From positions 37,138,001 to 37,202,000 of the forward strand of contig NC_088859.1 in NCBI RefSeq assembly GCF_963853765.1: 64,000 bases of DNA, read 5' to 3'. Positions 27,203 to 40,142 of this stretch are shown here, piece by piece (positions within the stretch are counted from its first letter, which is position 1; every line of letters starts with the position of its first letter). This DNA is from Magallana gigas. Its lineage: Eukaryota. Under the pieces are notes generated by a model. The model ran no database searches. It was not told the origin of the DNA and saw nothing but the letters and a program-made list of their open reading frames with translations. The translations under genes and the position numbers were made by a program.

Positions 27203-30200
27203 ATGGCGTGCGTGGACCAAAATTCCAATGCAGTTCTTCAAGGAATTGCCCGTCACATCAATTGTTTGGGAGAAGAAAACAGAAATACAAGAAAAAAAGC
27301 TTTAGAAGGAATAAAAAAAGATACGCTACAGCGAAAGCCAGCTTTAGAGTCAACTGAACTCCAGTTAGTGTTCAGTGAAGTTGCTAAACCTTTGTTAAAA
27401 GTTTTCTCCGATCCCGTTGAGAAATGCCGAGAATTATCCATCATTATCATCCGAGAATTCATGGAGAAGGTAGAGAAACCAGACGAAAGTTTACCTTATG
27501 TAATGCCCGTATTAGTTCTAAGACTGGGCCAACAAGAATTGACAGAACCTTCGGAGGAAATTCGGCTTATGTTAGTGGAATTTTTAACTCAGATCGTGGA
27601 ATATTCTGGAAAGAGACTTTCGGTGTATCTTGACGACTTGATAAGAATTTTACAAAGGACAATTATAGACCCATTTCCAGATGTAAAGAAAGAAAGTTGC
27701 AGATGTACCTCAAAAGTGGCTAAAGCTATCCCTGAATATTTTCATATGCAGTCAGAATCTCTCATCAGTCCACTTTTAATGACAATCACACATCAGCATG
27801 CCAAAGTGCGGAGTCTAGTTGTTGAAACAATAGGTAAAATTCAAAAACCTTAATCATAGTTTATTATATTTTACTCTTCCCTATGATATTTAAATATCTA
27901 TATACTGACCTGGGACCATTTTTCATCAGTTTATTGTAACATCATTATTCATATATAATTTCAAATATAGTGATGTAACAATACACTGAGGAGAAATGCT
28001 CCTTGGCTAGAATTGGACGTATTCTAGCCTTATTTTAAAAATGAGAACCCTGACACTTGTCTTCATGATAAAATTTAAAGTTCAGCAACACACTTGTTTA
28101 TAGTAGTAAAATGAGCTTGAATTTAATTTTAATTTTTAGGCAGTGTGATGCAATATGGTAATAGTAAATCAATGGAAAAAGTGGTTCCACATTTGGCACA
28201 GAGGCTGTTTGATGACTCGCCAGTGGTCAGGAAAGCAGTAGTGAAGATTGTGGGGAACTGGTTGTTAGACCTACCCGACCGTTACTCCTTCCACCACAAG
28301 CTAATTCCTCTGTTGCTGACTGGTCTCGCTGACTCACAGCCAGAGATTGCCGAGTTAGCGGACACCTTGTGGTATGATACAGGTATGAATAATACAATTT
28401 ACAAGTTCATTTTAACTTTACATTTAGTGAAGTTTGGAGACCTCAAAGAGGAAAATATTAATAAGCATCTCTTGTTTAATCTTGTTAAGAATTTACAAAT
28501 CAAGCAGTTATTTTGTTAACTTTATATGGTGTATATAATTTATAATTTGCCTATATTAAACTGCAGGACTGAAGTATGAAAAAGAGAATGAGGAAGAGCT
28601 AAAGGACAAGTTAGATTTTTCCAAAGAAAAACCAGCACACTATCCCTCAAATGGTCAGTAGTACATTGTAATAAATATGTACATGTAAAAAAATAAAAAC
28701 AAACAGAAAAATTGAAGTGGCAATTAGAAAAAAATGTTGTTGTTGTCTGATAAGAAATTGATCTAATCATAATGTAATTTTATTTCTATTAATGTCCATT
28801 AAGCCATTTATTTGGAAAACTAGGTCCAGTCTTGTATACCCTTACTGACTATGGATCAATTCATTGAATTATTGACAGTTTCATGACCTATTCATTCGCA
28901 ATTTGAATATTGGTTCTCTTCCACTTTAATGAAGGAAATCCACTTAAGTGCCTACATGCTTATGGGTGCAAAAAGTATGATATTACATAATTCCTTTATT
29001 TTATTTTATTGCTACTCATTAGGACCCTACAGTCAGCTATGGTTTGGGGGACTGGCCATGGAATCGTTTTTATGCATCCTCCTAGCTTAATTTTAATGAT
29101 TATTGATTTTAGATAGGAAAAAAAACCCACAATTAAAAAAATGTATCAGAAGAAGAAGAACCTTGTCACAGATGATACAGAAAAGATAAAGTGGAAATAA
29201 TTTCTACTAACCCCTAACTTTATCTTGATTTTTTAACTCAGTGGAAAGACCCAACTTGGGCTGTCGAGTTCTGATGATGAGACACCTGTCCAAGATCCTG
29301 CCCGCCCTGATGAAGGATGTTACAGATTGGGTAGTAGCCACCCGACTGAAATCAGCAGCCCTTCTGTACTGGCTCCTCCTGAACGCTGAGGATTATGTCA
29401 CCCAGCACATGGCAGTGCTGACCACTGGAATGTATAGAGCCTGTGTGGATGAAGAGGCTCAAGTTGTCAAAGATGTAAGAATTAAATGCTACCTTAGTAA
29501 AAATTAATTTAGTGTTAAATTCAGATTTTCATGTGTATTTTTTACAAACAGGTACAAAGAGCAGCTGAGTTGGTGGGATACTTTGTTTCTCCTGAGGTCT
29601 GGTGTAAGATGATTCTGGCCAATGTCAAGTCTATGCAGTCATTTAGCCCTGTCATGATCCTAGCATCAGTCATCAGGGGGTCCGAGAGAACTGCACTGAG
29701 ACCATACCTGCCCAAAATTGTCTCTACCCTGAATGATTCAGACATCTGTTTTACAACTCAGGTAAATGTTTTTTACCTCTCAAAGAAGTGAAATTTTCAT
29801 TATTTTGTATACTGGTAAATTTCATACAGTTATTGGTGGAACATATTATCATCTATCATTTTTCTGTCAAACTTTAAATCTGATCTTAATTAATATTAAT
29901 GTATTTGCATTCTTACAGGTGCAGATGCAAGCACAGCTGTTAAACTGCACAGCAGCAATTCTACAGGTATCTGAAGAAGACTGTGCTGGAATAAGCCAGC
30001 TGCTGTTCAATCTTCTCCTCACAGTCCTGTGTCAGAATGAGGAAACTCATGGACAGGTACTTGCGTCTCATTGCAAAGTGTGTAATTAATGTGATGTAAA
30101 GCAATACATAACACTCAATCAGTTGCTTGATCTGTTACTAACATGTTTATTCGATATGTTATGCTGTGTTTTATTGAATTGCACTTGTTCACTATAGCTT

Positions 30201-32285
30201 TAGAATAAAGGGTTTGTTTAGGATGAAGTTTTAATAGTAGTGATTGCATATTTCTTTTTAAAATCAAATTTTCATCAGATAGATTATATTTCTAATCAAC
30301 TGCATATTATAATAGAAACAATCACTTTTTTTTAATCAATGCATGTTTTCTACACATACATGTATTACATAAAATGAAATAAGAGTGTGCCATGTGTAAA
30401 AAAACAAGTTTGTAATGAAATGCTGATATTTATTCTTTTTTATTTTCCAGGTGAATGAACTTTTGGACAGTTTGTGCAAGGTTCAGGTACTGGAGTCCAG
30501 ACAAGAGCTGTACAGTAGACACACCAAGCCATTGATTAACCAGCTGAAGGAGTCCGCCAACATGTGGACTGTTCATTCCACAGAGAGACTTCTGTTTGAC
30601 ACCCTTCTTATTGAATGTGGTAAGCTGAAGAATAAATTGCTGAATTACCACTGAATTTATGCATGTTACACTTACCACTAATTCCCAATAATGAAACACA
30701 GGATAGATAAAGACAAAGAAGGTGCAATAATTTGACAGGATGAAAATAAGAAATGTTTAGACAGTTAAAGATGCAATAATTGTATTTTTGTGTGTTTCAA
30801 GGACCCGTTGTTGGAGATATTCTGGATGAGGTTATGCCGATATTTGTGACAAACCTCGACACAGATAAGGACCCTGAGCTGCGGCTAAAGTTTTTCTCCC
30901 TGCTGTCCCGCCTAGTGATCAGCGCTGGGTCGACCCTGGATTCTTGTCACAAGTTTGGGGAGTTTGCAGTAATCGTAGTCAAGGATATCATCATTCCTAA
31001 CTGCGTGTGGAAGGCTGGGAGAGTAGCGGGCGCCATCAGAACCACGGCTACTTCCTGTGTGTGGGCACTGCTACAGAGCGGGGTCCTCAGCAAGGACAAG
31101 GTATCCAACATTTCATGTTGATTTACCAACATTTAAGTTTTTTAAAGCAGAAGAAGAACTGTAAAATGTCTGTCAATTGACTGTACTTTGTTTAATATTT
31201 AGCAGAATGCCTTTTTAAGAAATACATTGCTAAATGTCCTGCTTTAAAAATAAAGAGAGGAGTCTATTTTAAATGTCCAAAATTAAATCAAAGCTAACTT
31301 TAAAAAAAAATTAATTTAGTAAAATATAAAACATTTACAGTATAATGATTGATATTGGTGCACATATACATGTATTATAAATGTACTGAATTTTAATTTG
31401 TATAATGTTTAGTAATAAATGTTCATGTACATATGTACAATGAATTAAAATGGAATATTCTAATTTATGGTTTACTTACTTTTTAAAATTAAAATTGATG
31501 ATAGTTTGGTTTGATTGAAAATATAGTAGGTAAATGATTTTTATTGGTTTTAAAAGTTTTGTTCTTTTTAATACATGTAATAATCTATTGATGCTTTTAA
31601 TTTCAGCTTATGCCAGTTGTTGAAGATCTGTTAACTCAAATGATTACTACAATGGATGATGACAACAAAAGTACACGACTCATTTGTTGTCGAGTGATGA
31701 CCCGGTTATTTGATCTAATTGGCATGGAACTAGGTCAAGACCGATTGCACAATATGTATCCAGATCTTCTTAAACGCTTAGATGACAGCAGTGATGAGGT
31801 CAGAATCACAGTCTCCAAGACATTTTTGGCTTACTTTGATTGCTTTGAGAATGGCTACGACGTCATATTATACAGAGCTCATTTAGAAGCCATTTATAAA
31901 GGACTGTTGGTACATCTAGATGATCCAGAACAAAGGATACAAGAAGCAATACTAGGTAAGTTAAAACCAAGGACTTCAGTTTTTTTGCAAAAGTACTGGC
32001 CCAGTAGTATGATCAGCATATTTAAATAATAATAATAATAATCCCCATTTCCAGAATTTCAATTAGTTCTACAAATTTTGATAAAGCAGCTATACGAACC
32101 ATTACATATAGGAAACAATTTATTTTGATACCTAACTTTAGCATGTAAATTTTTCAGAGGTTCTTAAGAAATCAGGCTCAATCTGTCCGACCATGCTACT
32201 TCAGGAAGTGGAGGAAGTGAAGCACAAACACAGGTCCAGTGTGTACTGTAACAAACTGATGGAGTACCTCAAGGGGCTGCTCTAG
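27203..32285 (+). CDS. DNAAF5: Dynein axonemal assembly factor 5 (HEATR2), about 828 aa, 10 exons
   Basis: In-frame exons: 27203-27833, 28140-28382, 28567-28653, 29242-29474, 29552-29761, 29919-30056, 30451-30619, 30802-31100, 31607-31955, 32158-32285. HEAT-repeat motifs typical of DNAAF5 are present ([89 protein letters not shown]). Confidence 0.92.
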
Positions 32286-32511
32286 GGGCCACTTATCATG
32301 ACGGAGCTTTGTAAGGGAGACCACTGATTTATAGACCTATACAAGGGAGGCTACTCCGTGATTGTACTATTTTTGTAAGGGTGACCCCGTGACGAAGCAT
32401 GATTCCTGCAGGGAAAAGTACCCTCTAAGAATGGCGACATTTGTAAATGGAGACAACATCATATCACCACTGCCATGTGTATTTATTTTCAATGAATTTC
32501 TCATTTTAATC

Positions 32512-32517
32512 AATAAA
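32512..32517 (+). terminator. Candidate polyadenylation signal of DNAAF5
   Basis: AATAAA lies about 227 nt after the stop codon. Confidence 0.45.
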
Positions 32518-33047
32518 ATGTTCATATAAATTCACTCTATTTGAACCTATGGTTGATTTATAGCATTTAGAAAAATAAATTAATGTAATTTTTATACATA
32601 TTTAACTAAACACACGAATGTGTTGTGGTGTTAGGATTACAAAAAGAGCAGTCACAAGTGAGTTCATTTCGAATAATGTCAAAGCATGCCTGATTGTCAT
32701 TTACTCAATATCTATATTCACTGTAAATGTTTCAGTATAAATGAACATTAATTTTCAAAATGGGATACATGTAGCGGACTCCTGTTATAAGAATGCTTGC
32801 GTCAACGTTCGCAAACTTCTAAAGAAGAACTGTATATTTGTTAAAAAAGAAGATGGGGGAATAAGATGGCGTAACTGCTCATTTGGTTAAGTCGTAAAAT
32901 ACACTTTCAAATTTAACATTTTTTTCAATGAAATATATTTGATATGTTATAAAACAAGTTTACAAAAGGGTAATTTCTAACTATATTCAGTTTGAAATCT
33001 TTAAAAAAAACCCGGTAAGATTTTTTTTTTCTTAAATCTTAAGTTTT

Positions 33048-33097
33048 GGTGGTAGCGAACCCACAACCTAAAATATTGAGCTCAGACCCACTCTATG
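33048..33097 (-). mobile_element. Degenerate tRNA-derived SINE head remnant
   Basis: The minus strand reads TAGAGTGG...AGGTTGTGGGTTCGCTACCACC, resembling A-box/B-box spacing. No cloverleaf is recoverable. Confidence 0.25.
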
Positions 33098-34974
33098 AAA
33101 GAAAATGCATTGAAGTTATACATGTAAAATTGACACTATTTGGAGGTTTCGACACGCATACACAAGTTTGAATCAACCTATTGCAAGTATTTAAAATATT
33201 TAAGGGTTACAAACCGATGTTACGTTAAATGTACATTGTTTTTTTTATTTATTTTTTGAAAAAGTATCAGATTTAATGATATTTTAATTTTGCAGTATCT
33301 AATTATTTCTCATGGGCATTTTACACGCCTTATTCATTTTTAAAACTGAATGTTTAAATTTTGTATGAGATGTCGCAATGTCTTTCTTTTTTGCCCTTAT
33401 TTTGAATTTAGAGATTAAATAAAAAATTGACAACTTCCATTTTAAAACGGCTTCAAAGTTAACATATAATGCAATGGTAAGAGGGCAATGATATGTCTAG
33501 TATAAATAAATGAATTTGTTATTTCTTTGTGAATGATGTCTTAAGGATTAGAATGTGCTGCAGAAAATATAAACAGGACGGAAAAGGTTAAATTACAATA
33601 TATCTTCCTAAACAAATCATTTTATTCACTAAGAGGACCGCGGCTGTTGGTTTCTTTGGAGGAACTACCGCGCATGTTACCGCAAAGTCCCCCTTACCAT
33701 TATTTAGGGTTTTTCCTTTATTGCAGGAATAATTACTTTTCATGTAATCATTTCACGCGTTTGTAATATTTAACAAAACGGCATCCTACCGATAATTTAA
33801 AAAAAATGTTTTATAGGTAGGAGGCTAATCTCTTATATCTACCTTTTATTATTAAATACAAATATGCCTGGAAGCGGGAACCTTCGTTTTGTTTACAAAG
33901 GGTTTTTACCGTGTGTATACTTCATTACATCGCTACATTTCTGAACACAGCCTCAAAAATGAAACAAAAAGGTAACATTACTTAACTTAATCGAATAGAC
34001 GATTCCAATGAAATATACTTGGTTTTTTTTGGTTGTTTTTTTTTTTGGAATATGCTATTGTAAAAGATTTTCGTGACGTATATACATGTACTTGAGTTGT
34101 TTATTGTTTGATCAATTTATCTCAGATTACAAATGTATCATGTCGATCGATTTTCGTTAAAGCTATCGTAAAGTTACGGTGGTAAATTTATGGGAAGATT
34201 TGAATGACCATAGCCCGGAGAAATATTCCGAACTATATGTACGTGCAGTATTAAAATCTTTAAAATTGTGTACATGCAGATATTCATTTGGCATAATTAC
34301 TAAGACAAAATACTATAACAAGTGTTATTATAATGTCAACCTATTGAAATCAAAGTGTTGAATTTAAAATCTATATTTAAGCATGATTAATTCTAATTAC
34401 AGTAAAGATTTATAGTTGTTCTTTTCTCTCTATCCCCTAGCTGGCTCAAATCATACCGTTTACATAGAGTGAATTTGGTTTAATAAATACGCCGAATACA
34501 CATATTTCAAAATAAGGGGATACAGAAAAACGATTTAAATATCATTTAAACTTTATATGTTGAATATTCTAATTGGTCAACGATAACTGTACTTGCAATT
34601 GTACTTTTCACACACGGCCTTTTCCACGACGACTTATTAAACTTAATTCCATGATGATGATATGGAAACTATGCGGCAGATGGGTAATGCGGCATTGTCC
34701 TTGATAGCCGTGTTGACCAAAGACTCGGTGGTGCCCTTCCGCACCGATACTTAATCGGAAGTCAACCCGGTTCAATACAAAGCTACCTGATTGTTTCTTA
34801 CAGGTCACAAGTAACAAATCTATGGGGTGTTATTCAAATATGACGTAGAAGTTGATGTCAAAATTCTCTCTTGATAATACACATTCTCAAGAGTCCTCTC
34901 TTACAAATGCTTGATGTGGGCGATATATAAAAGCAGGGCGAGCAAAAAGCTGTATTATTTTAGTCAGTTTCGCC

Positions 34975-36279
34975 ATGGCTAATTCAACAGTATCTGTATG
35001 GCACACCGGCGTCACGAACGATTTTAACCAGTCTTTGTTGATCACAAACAATTCGTCGGCATCTACAAACACTTTTAGAAATTTTTCTTGGGATTTAATA
35101 AGCCTAAAAGTTATGTGTTGTGCCCCAAGAAAAAACTATACTTTGTTACAAGTTATGTGCGATTCAGTATTCTTCCCGGTTATTCACAGCCGCAAAATAG
35201 CCGAACCGGAAATTTCTTCGGCTTCCAAAACCATCCTCATGGTTCTGTATTCTGTAATAATTTTTGTCTCGCTGGTGGGCAACATGTTGGTCTTGATCAC
35301 GGTGTGTGGGAACAGGAACATGCGGTCCGTCACAAACGTCTTTATTCTTTCCCTGTCCGTCAGTGATTTACTCCTGGCCCTCATTGCCACACCCATCAAC
35401 ATGGGCAACGTCATGTCAACGTATTGGAAATACGGGGCCTTTGCCTGCAAAATTGTCCCGTGTATAACTACTTTTTGTGTGGCCTGTAGTTCATTGACGT
35501 TATGCTGTATTGCTTTTGAGCGTTTCTACGCAATAGTTTATCCGCTGAAGGTCAAGTTTTTTCAGGCGTCGACCAGACTTGTGCCCCTACTGATAACCGT
35601 TTGGGTCACGTCATTGATATCAGGGACCCCCCAAGTTTTTTATTTTAAGCTCATCAAGGCGAGAGACGTTTGCGGGAAAGTTGTGAATGACGTTTGCACA
35701 CTACCTCTGATCACAAGTAAGACAATGGAGTTTTTTCAGTTATGGCTGCCGTTTGTTGTCCTTTTCGTCACCCCTCTTCTTGTGATGACAATTCTTTACT
35801 CAATCATAATTGTTAAGCTGTGGGGAAGACGACAGATTGGGATATCCATGAAAGCAAGCGACTCCTACCGACTGAAGCAGAAGAAGCGCGCCATCAAGAT
35901 GTTGGTGACTGTGGTGGTCCTCTTCATCATATGTTGGCTTCCAATTCAAACCTTCAATGCCGTGGGAGAGAAAGCTTCCAACATGACACCCGTAGCCACC
36001 TTGCAGTGGAAAGCGTTTCTGAAATGCTTGGCTCTAAGTAGTAGCTGTTACAATCCCATTGTTTACGCATTTATGAATGAAAACTTTAGGAAGAATTTCG
36101 CAAATCTGTTGCGCTGTGGAAAACACAGAATTGAACCGCTTTCCGTGAGAAATGTCAATCACAGACAATCGATAATGACAAAACCAGCGCAAGCCGTATG
36201 GATCAAATTCGGATCCGAAAATGTCACCAGCGCGCCGACCACGAATCAAAGGAAGACAACTGAAACTAACATTAAGTGA
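34975..36279 (+). CDS. Intronless class A neuropeptide GPCR, QRFP/26RFa receptor-like, 434 aa
   Basis: Single ORF with seven hydrophobic segments, GN..V..V...MRSVTNVFI.SL..SDLL (TM1-2), ERF in place of DRY, KKRAIKMLVTVVVLFIICWLP (TM6) and NPIVYAFMNENFRKNF (TM7/helix 8, as in QRFPR). N-terminal N-glycosylation sequons are present, with TATATAAAA at about 34925. Confidence 0.85.
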   Translation: MANSTVSVWHTGVTNDFNQSLLITNNSSASTNTFRNFSWDLISLKVMCCAPRKNYTLLQVMCDSVFFPVIHSRKIAEPEISSASKTILMVLYSVIIFVSLVGNMLVLITVCGNRNMRSVTNVFILSLSVSDLLLALIATPINMGNVMSTYWKYGAFACKIVPCITTFCVACSSLTLCCIAFERFYAIVYPLKVKFFQASTRLVPLLITVWVTSLISGTPQVFYFKLIKARDVCGKVVNDVCTLPLITSKTMEFFQLWLPFVVLFVTPLLVMTILYSIIIVKLWGRRQIGISMKASDSYRLKQKKRAIKMLVTVVVLFIICWLPIQTFNAVGEKASNMTPVATLQWKAFLKCLALSSSCYNPIVYAFMNENFRKNFANLLRCGKHRIEPLSVRNVNHRQSIMTKPAQAVWIKFGSENVTSAPTTNQRKTTETNIK

Positions 36280-36316
36280 CCATAATGATTGCATGTGAAT
36301 GTAATCTGTATATTGA

Positions 36317-36812
36317 AGGGGCATGGTCACGATTTTGGTCAAATTTTATTTTTCTGTCTTTATTATTTACAAATGCTTCAGGAATGCATTTCTAATGATC
36401 AAATGAATTTTAAGAGTCAATCGTAGAGTTATAAGCAAGATACAAGGCTCACAACTCTTTGTCATGTAAACAAGGCTCGTGCTCTGTTTTTGTTTACAAA
36501 TGTTAAATATATCAGTAAAAATGTTTTTCAAACTAATTTGTCTAATACCTTCTTATTCATTTTAAGCATAAACAAATAGTTCGTAACGATTAACAATTTA
36601 TTTTTGGTCTAAAACTGTAATGTTCACTTCAACATTAAAAATGTAAACAAAGGCTTTGTTCACATAGCAGAGAATTGTAAGATCTTTAACTCGCTTATAA
36701 CTCAACAAATGACACTCAAATTTTAGTTGCATATTAAAAATGCCTTACTGAAGCATTGTAAACAATAAAATCGAAGAAATAATTTTTGACCAAAAATCGT
36801 GACCATTTCCCT
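36317..36812. mobile_element. MITE with about 27-bp TIRs (Kolobok-like ends) just 3' of the GPCR stop
   Basis: AGGGGCATGGTCACGATTTTGGTCAAA pairs with TTTGACCAAAAATCGTGACCATTTCCCT. The TTAA TSD is not intact. Confidence 0.65.
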
Positions 36813-37922
36813 GCAGAATACTCGGTTTGTCGGGTCGTAGATAAATATGTATACACAAGTTCTTATTTCCTTATGATGGAACAGACATTTTAAAAATTGT
36901 TATTTTAAAAGGGTACACGTGTAGGTTATATTTATCATGTTTATGTTTTCTTTCAGATATATTGGTAAATATTGTATATCGATAATTGTATTTAGATGAA
37001 TTCTGATTTGTACTTTGACCCTGTAATACATTTATCTCAAATCACATATCACAATCATACTGAAAATGTGTACAAAGGAAGCTTCATTAATTTTTGTTCA
37101 TTGAAGACTAAAATTCATTAAACATTCTCCTTTAGTTATTAACGTTGTGGTTATATACATGTACAAATCATTGTTTGCTTAATTTTTACTCAAAATATAT
37201 ATTTCTTACCCAACCTTTCTTTGACAAAATTGTTTTTGAAAAGATGAATTCTTAATGATACAACTACTGTAACCATACATTATATACATATTTATGGCTA
37301 TTCTCTATCACACATGTACACACTTGGAAACTATAATACTGTCGATGCATCATGGGTACACTTATCTCGACTCCATAAATCAATTCAAAGCTGACATGTA
37401 TTTAAATACTTTAATTATTTCAAATATCATGGTACCTAACCAAACAAAATACTTTATATGTACAATCTCTGTACAACCCTTCCATTTTAGAACCAAAAAA
37501 TAAAGTGACGATAAAATTAACTGTATATCCCATTACAAGTACACTATTATTTAACACGGGTTGCACCGCATCTGTTGACATTTTTTTCAATCACGCACAG
37601 AAAAAATTGAATTTTCGACACTTTAATGTAACACGTCACTGAAATCGCTTAGTCTCACAAAGGCACGGTCCAGTACCATATGATACTCTGCCGTCCACAA
37701 GTCTTAAATTACTGTACATGTAAGTGTGACATCTGTTGTTAAGATTGCGGCATGAATGGTCGTGGCCATGTTATACTGAAATATATATATATATAGCAAA
37801 ATATTCAAAGTTTAAAGCGAAATTAAATGGATTTTTTCTTAACTTAATCACATTTTATAACTCGACAAATCCATTTTAAAAATCGAATGATGAACTGATA
37901 GGTAATTTTTGACCACCTAACT

Positions 37923-38034
37923 TTCTTAAATTCTTCACTTCGTAAGTGGTGTTCATCCAGATGGTTCATGTAATGTTTTCTTAGATTCTTCACTTCGTAA
38001 GTGATGTTCATCCAGATGGTTCACGTAATGTTTT
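37923..38034. repeat. 55-bp tandem duplication downstream of the UPF0489 stop
   Basis: TTCTTA(A/G)ATTCTTCACTTCGTAAGTG(G/A)TGTTCATCCAGATGGTTCA(T/C)GTAATGTTTT occurs twice. Confidence 0.9.
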
Positions 38035-38060
38035 TGCTTAAATCTATTATGTCATTATTG

Positions 38061-40142
38061 CTAGGAGTGTCGGAATCCAGTTTTCCCGTTCAGCAATCCA
38101 TCATCGTAAAACACACGAGTATCGGGATAGTTAGACCGAATTGCCTTTAGTACCAAATACTCTATGTCTTTAAAGTATTTCCTGGGCGTGTATCCGTCAC
38201 GGATAGACCGACACACTGTCACGAACTTTGGGGGATTTCGTCTAAACACCCCCAAAATGTTGTTTATTAATTCTCCCCTAGTGTGGACCTCCTTTCGGTT
38301 CGTCCTATGTTCCGTTACCACAGTTTCGTTTGGGGAATTTGCTCCTTTGCACATGCCAAAGAGGGAGGGATTCAGTAATTGATACGTTTTATGGGAGGTA
38401 GAAAGACAGAAACCGACAGTCTGAATAGCACTCAGTTGTATTTTATTTAATTCTAAAAATTCTTTAATAATTACGTCAAAAAGAAGCGTTGAGTTTTTCA
38501 GCGCGTCCGAGCAGAGATGTGAACGCCAGAGGAAACTTTTATTCAAATAAAACTGTTTTATCTTGTTCCAAAGATTGTTTCTGCACTCCCTATGTTTTTC
38601 AAATCTGCAATTGTTCAACTTAATAAATTCAATCAAATCAGTTAAAAAATTATCCAGAACCTTTTCTGCAGGTGGGTTCATTGGACAAAATAACTGATTT
38701 AGGAAGCTGTCCAGCACCTCAATGTTTGGTACCGCATGATCAAAGAGAGGTTGGGATGCATATTCACAACCAAAAAAATCTTCGTCGATGTCAAGAATAA
38801 TATCGACATTTTTATGGATGGAGTTGAGATATTCCACAGCCAAATCTTCTCTAATTTCGGTAAATCCAATGGATCTTTTGACAAAGCATAAATCATTTTC
38901 CATTTCTACTTCCGGATTTGTTTCGTCTTCTGAAAAAAACATGCACTTTTGACCTGTTTCGTCTGTGATGCACATACAAAAATCTTTTTCTGCCCCCAGA
39001 CTAGACTGTTGGACGATTGTCCAGCCTAGCTGAATTGTGCCGGAGAACTTCGAAGCGTTGTGGTTGATATGATCCCATTCAGGCCAAACCCAGACCACAT
39101 GTTTGATAAACCCTGCCATTGCTGCCGCCTGTGAGAATAAATTAAGAATCATTAAAGATGATATTCAAGAAAATGTTTTCTATGAAGACTGGTCAGCTAT
39201 TTTATATAATAACTGAAGATGATGTAGAGAAATGTACTAGCACTGACCATTGTACCTTTGCCATATTTGATATTCCTACAATGAATTAACAGCAAACACG
39301 CATACATACACACACAATAAGGAAAAGGTGAACGTTATTATCACACAGCCGATTCCCAAGAACTTTACTAATTTCAAATATCCGTCTTCATGAAAACATC
39401 TATTTATTTTCTTTTTTTGTTGACACTGCATACACATTTTCTCTTTGCATGTATTAACCTCGTACCGTAATAAATCCATCGTTGCGCTGCATCATCATGT
39501 TGATGTCTTGTCCATCTAAGGGCCATTCGAAAAAAGGATACCCTTTCAAATAAGAGTTTATCGCAAGATCACTGTGCCCATCGATGTGGATCTAGAATTT
39601 CAACCAAGGGAAAAATCACCTAACCAACCTTTTAACAAAAATAATCTGCATTAATTCTATATCACCAGAAATTGATTTCACCACCTACTAATGTTACGTC
39701 TTTGGGGATTCTTCCACGCTCAGCCTCTCTAAGCCAAAACGGTAAAACTTGAAAGAACAATTTTAAAACGAACTAAGTTATGTTAATTATAAAAAATATA
39801 GTAAAAACGCATTCCCAATTGTTGCAATACACAAGCTATTATGTTTTCACAGAAGAGACGGATTCCTAGCATTATCATTTTGTGTTTTATTTTTACAAGA
39901 CTGAATAAAAAAACACGGAATTTTGATATAACTTTTATACCCTCATGATGTTCCTCCACAACGTGGACTGGTAGATATGACCATCTGCGTGCTGGCTGTC
40001 TATTGGACAATTTCAAACGGTGAACCTCTAAATGGTCATTTCTCCATGATAATACAGCCAACCTTAGGCCAATGCAAATGACAAATAAAGCACAAATCAA
40101 AAACATCCATTTATAAGATCTTGAGAATCGCATCTTCCTCAT
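38061..40142 (-). CDS. UPF0489 (C5orf22-like) family protein with an N-terminal type II membrane anchor, 484 aa
   Basis: Exons 40142-39941, 39747-39689, 39591-39466 and 39128-38061 join in frame. UPF0489 motifs LPVHVVEEHHEVLPFW, IHIDGHSDL, VWVWPEW, ILDIDEDFF and FVTVCRSIRDGYTP are present. The hydrophobic segment WMFLICALFVICIGLRLAVLSW follows a basic N-terminus. Confidence 0.82.

Noticed and set aside
35088-36342. Shadow ORFs overlapping the GPCR (e.g. 35088-35366, 35184-35450, 36034-36342)
   Set aside because: Alternative-frame or antisense by-products of a GC-richer coding region, with no motifs
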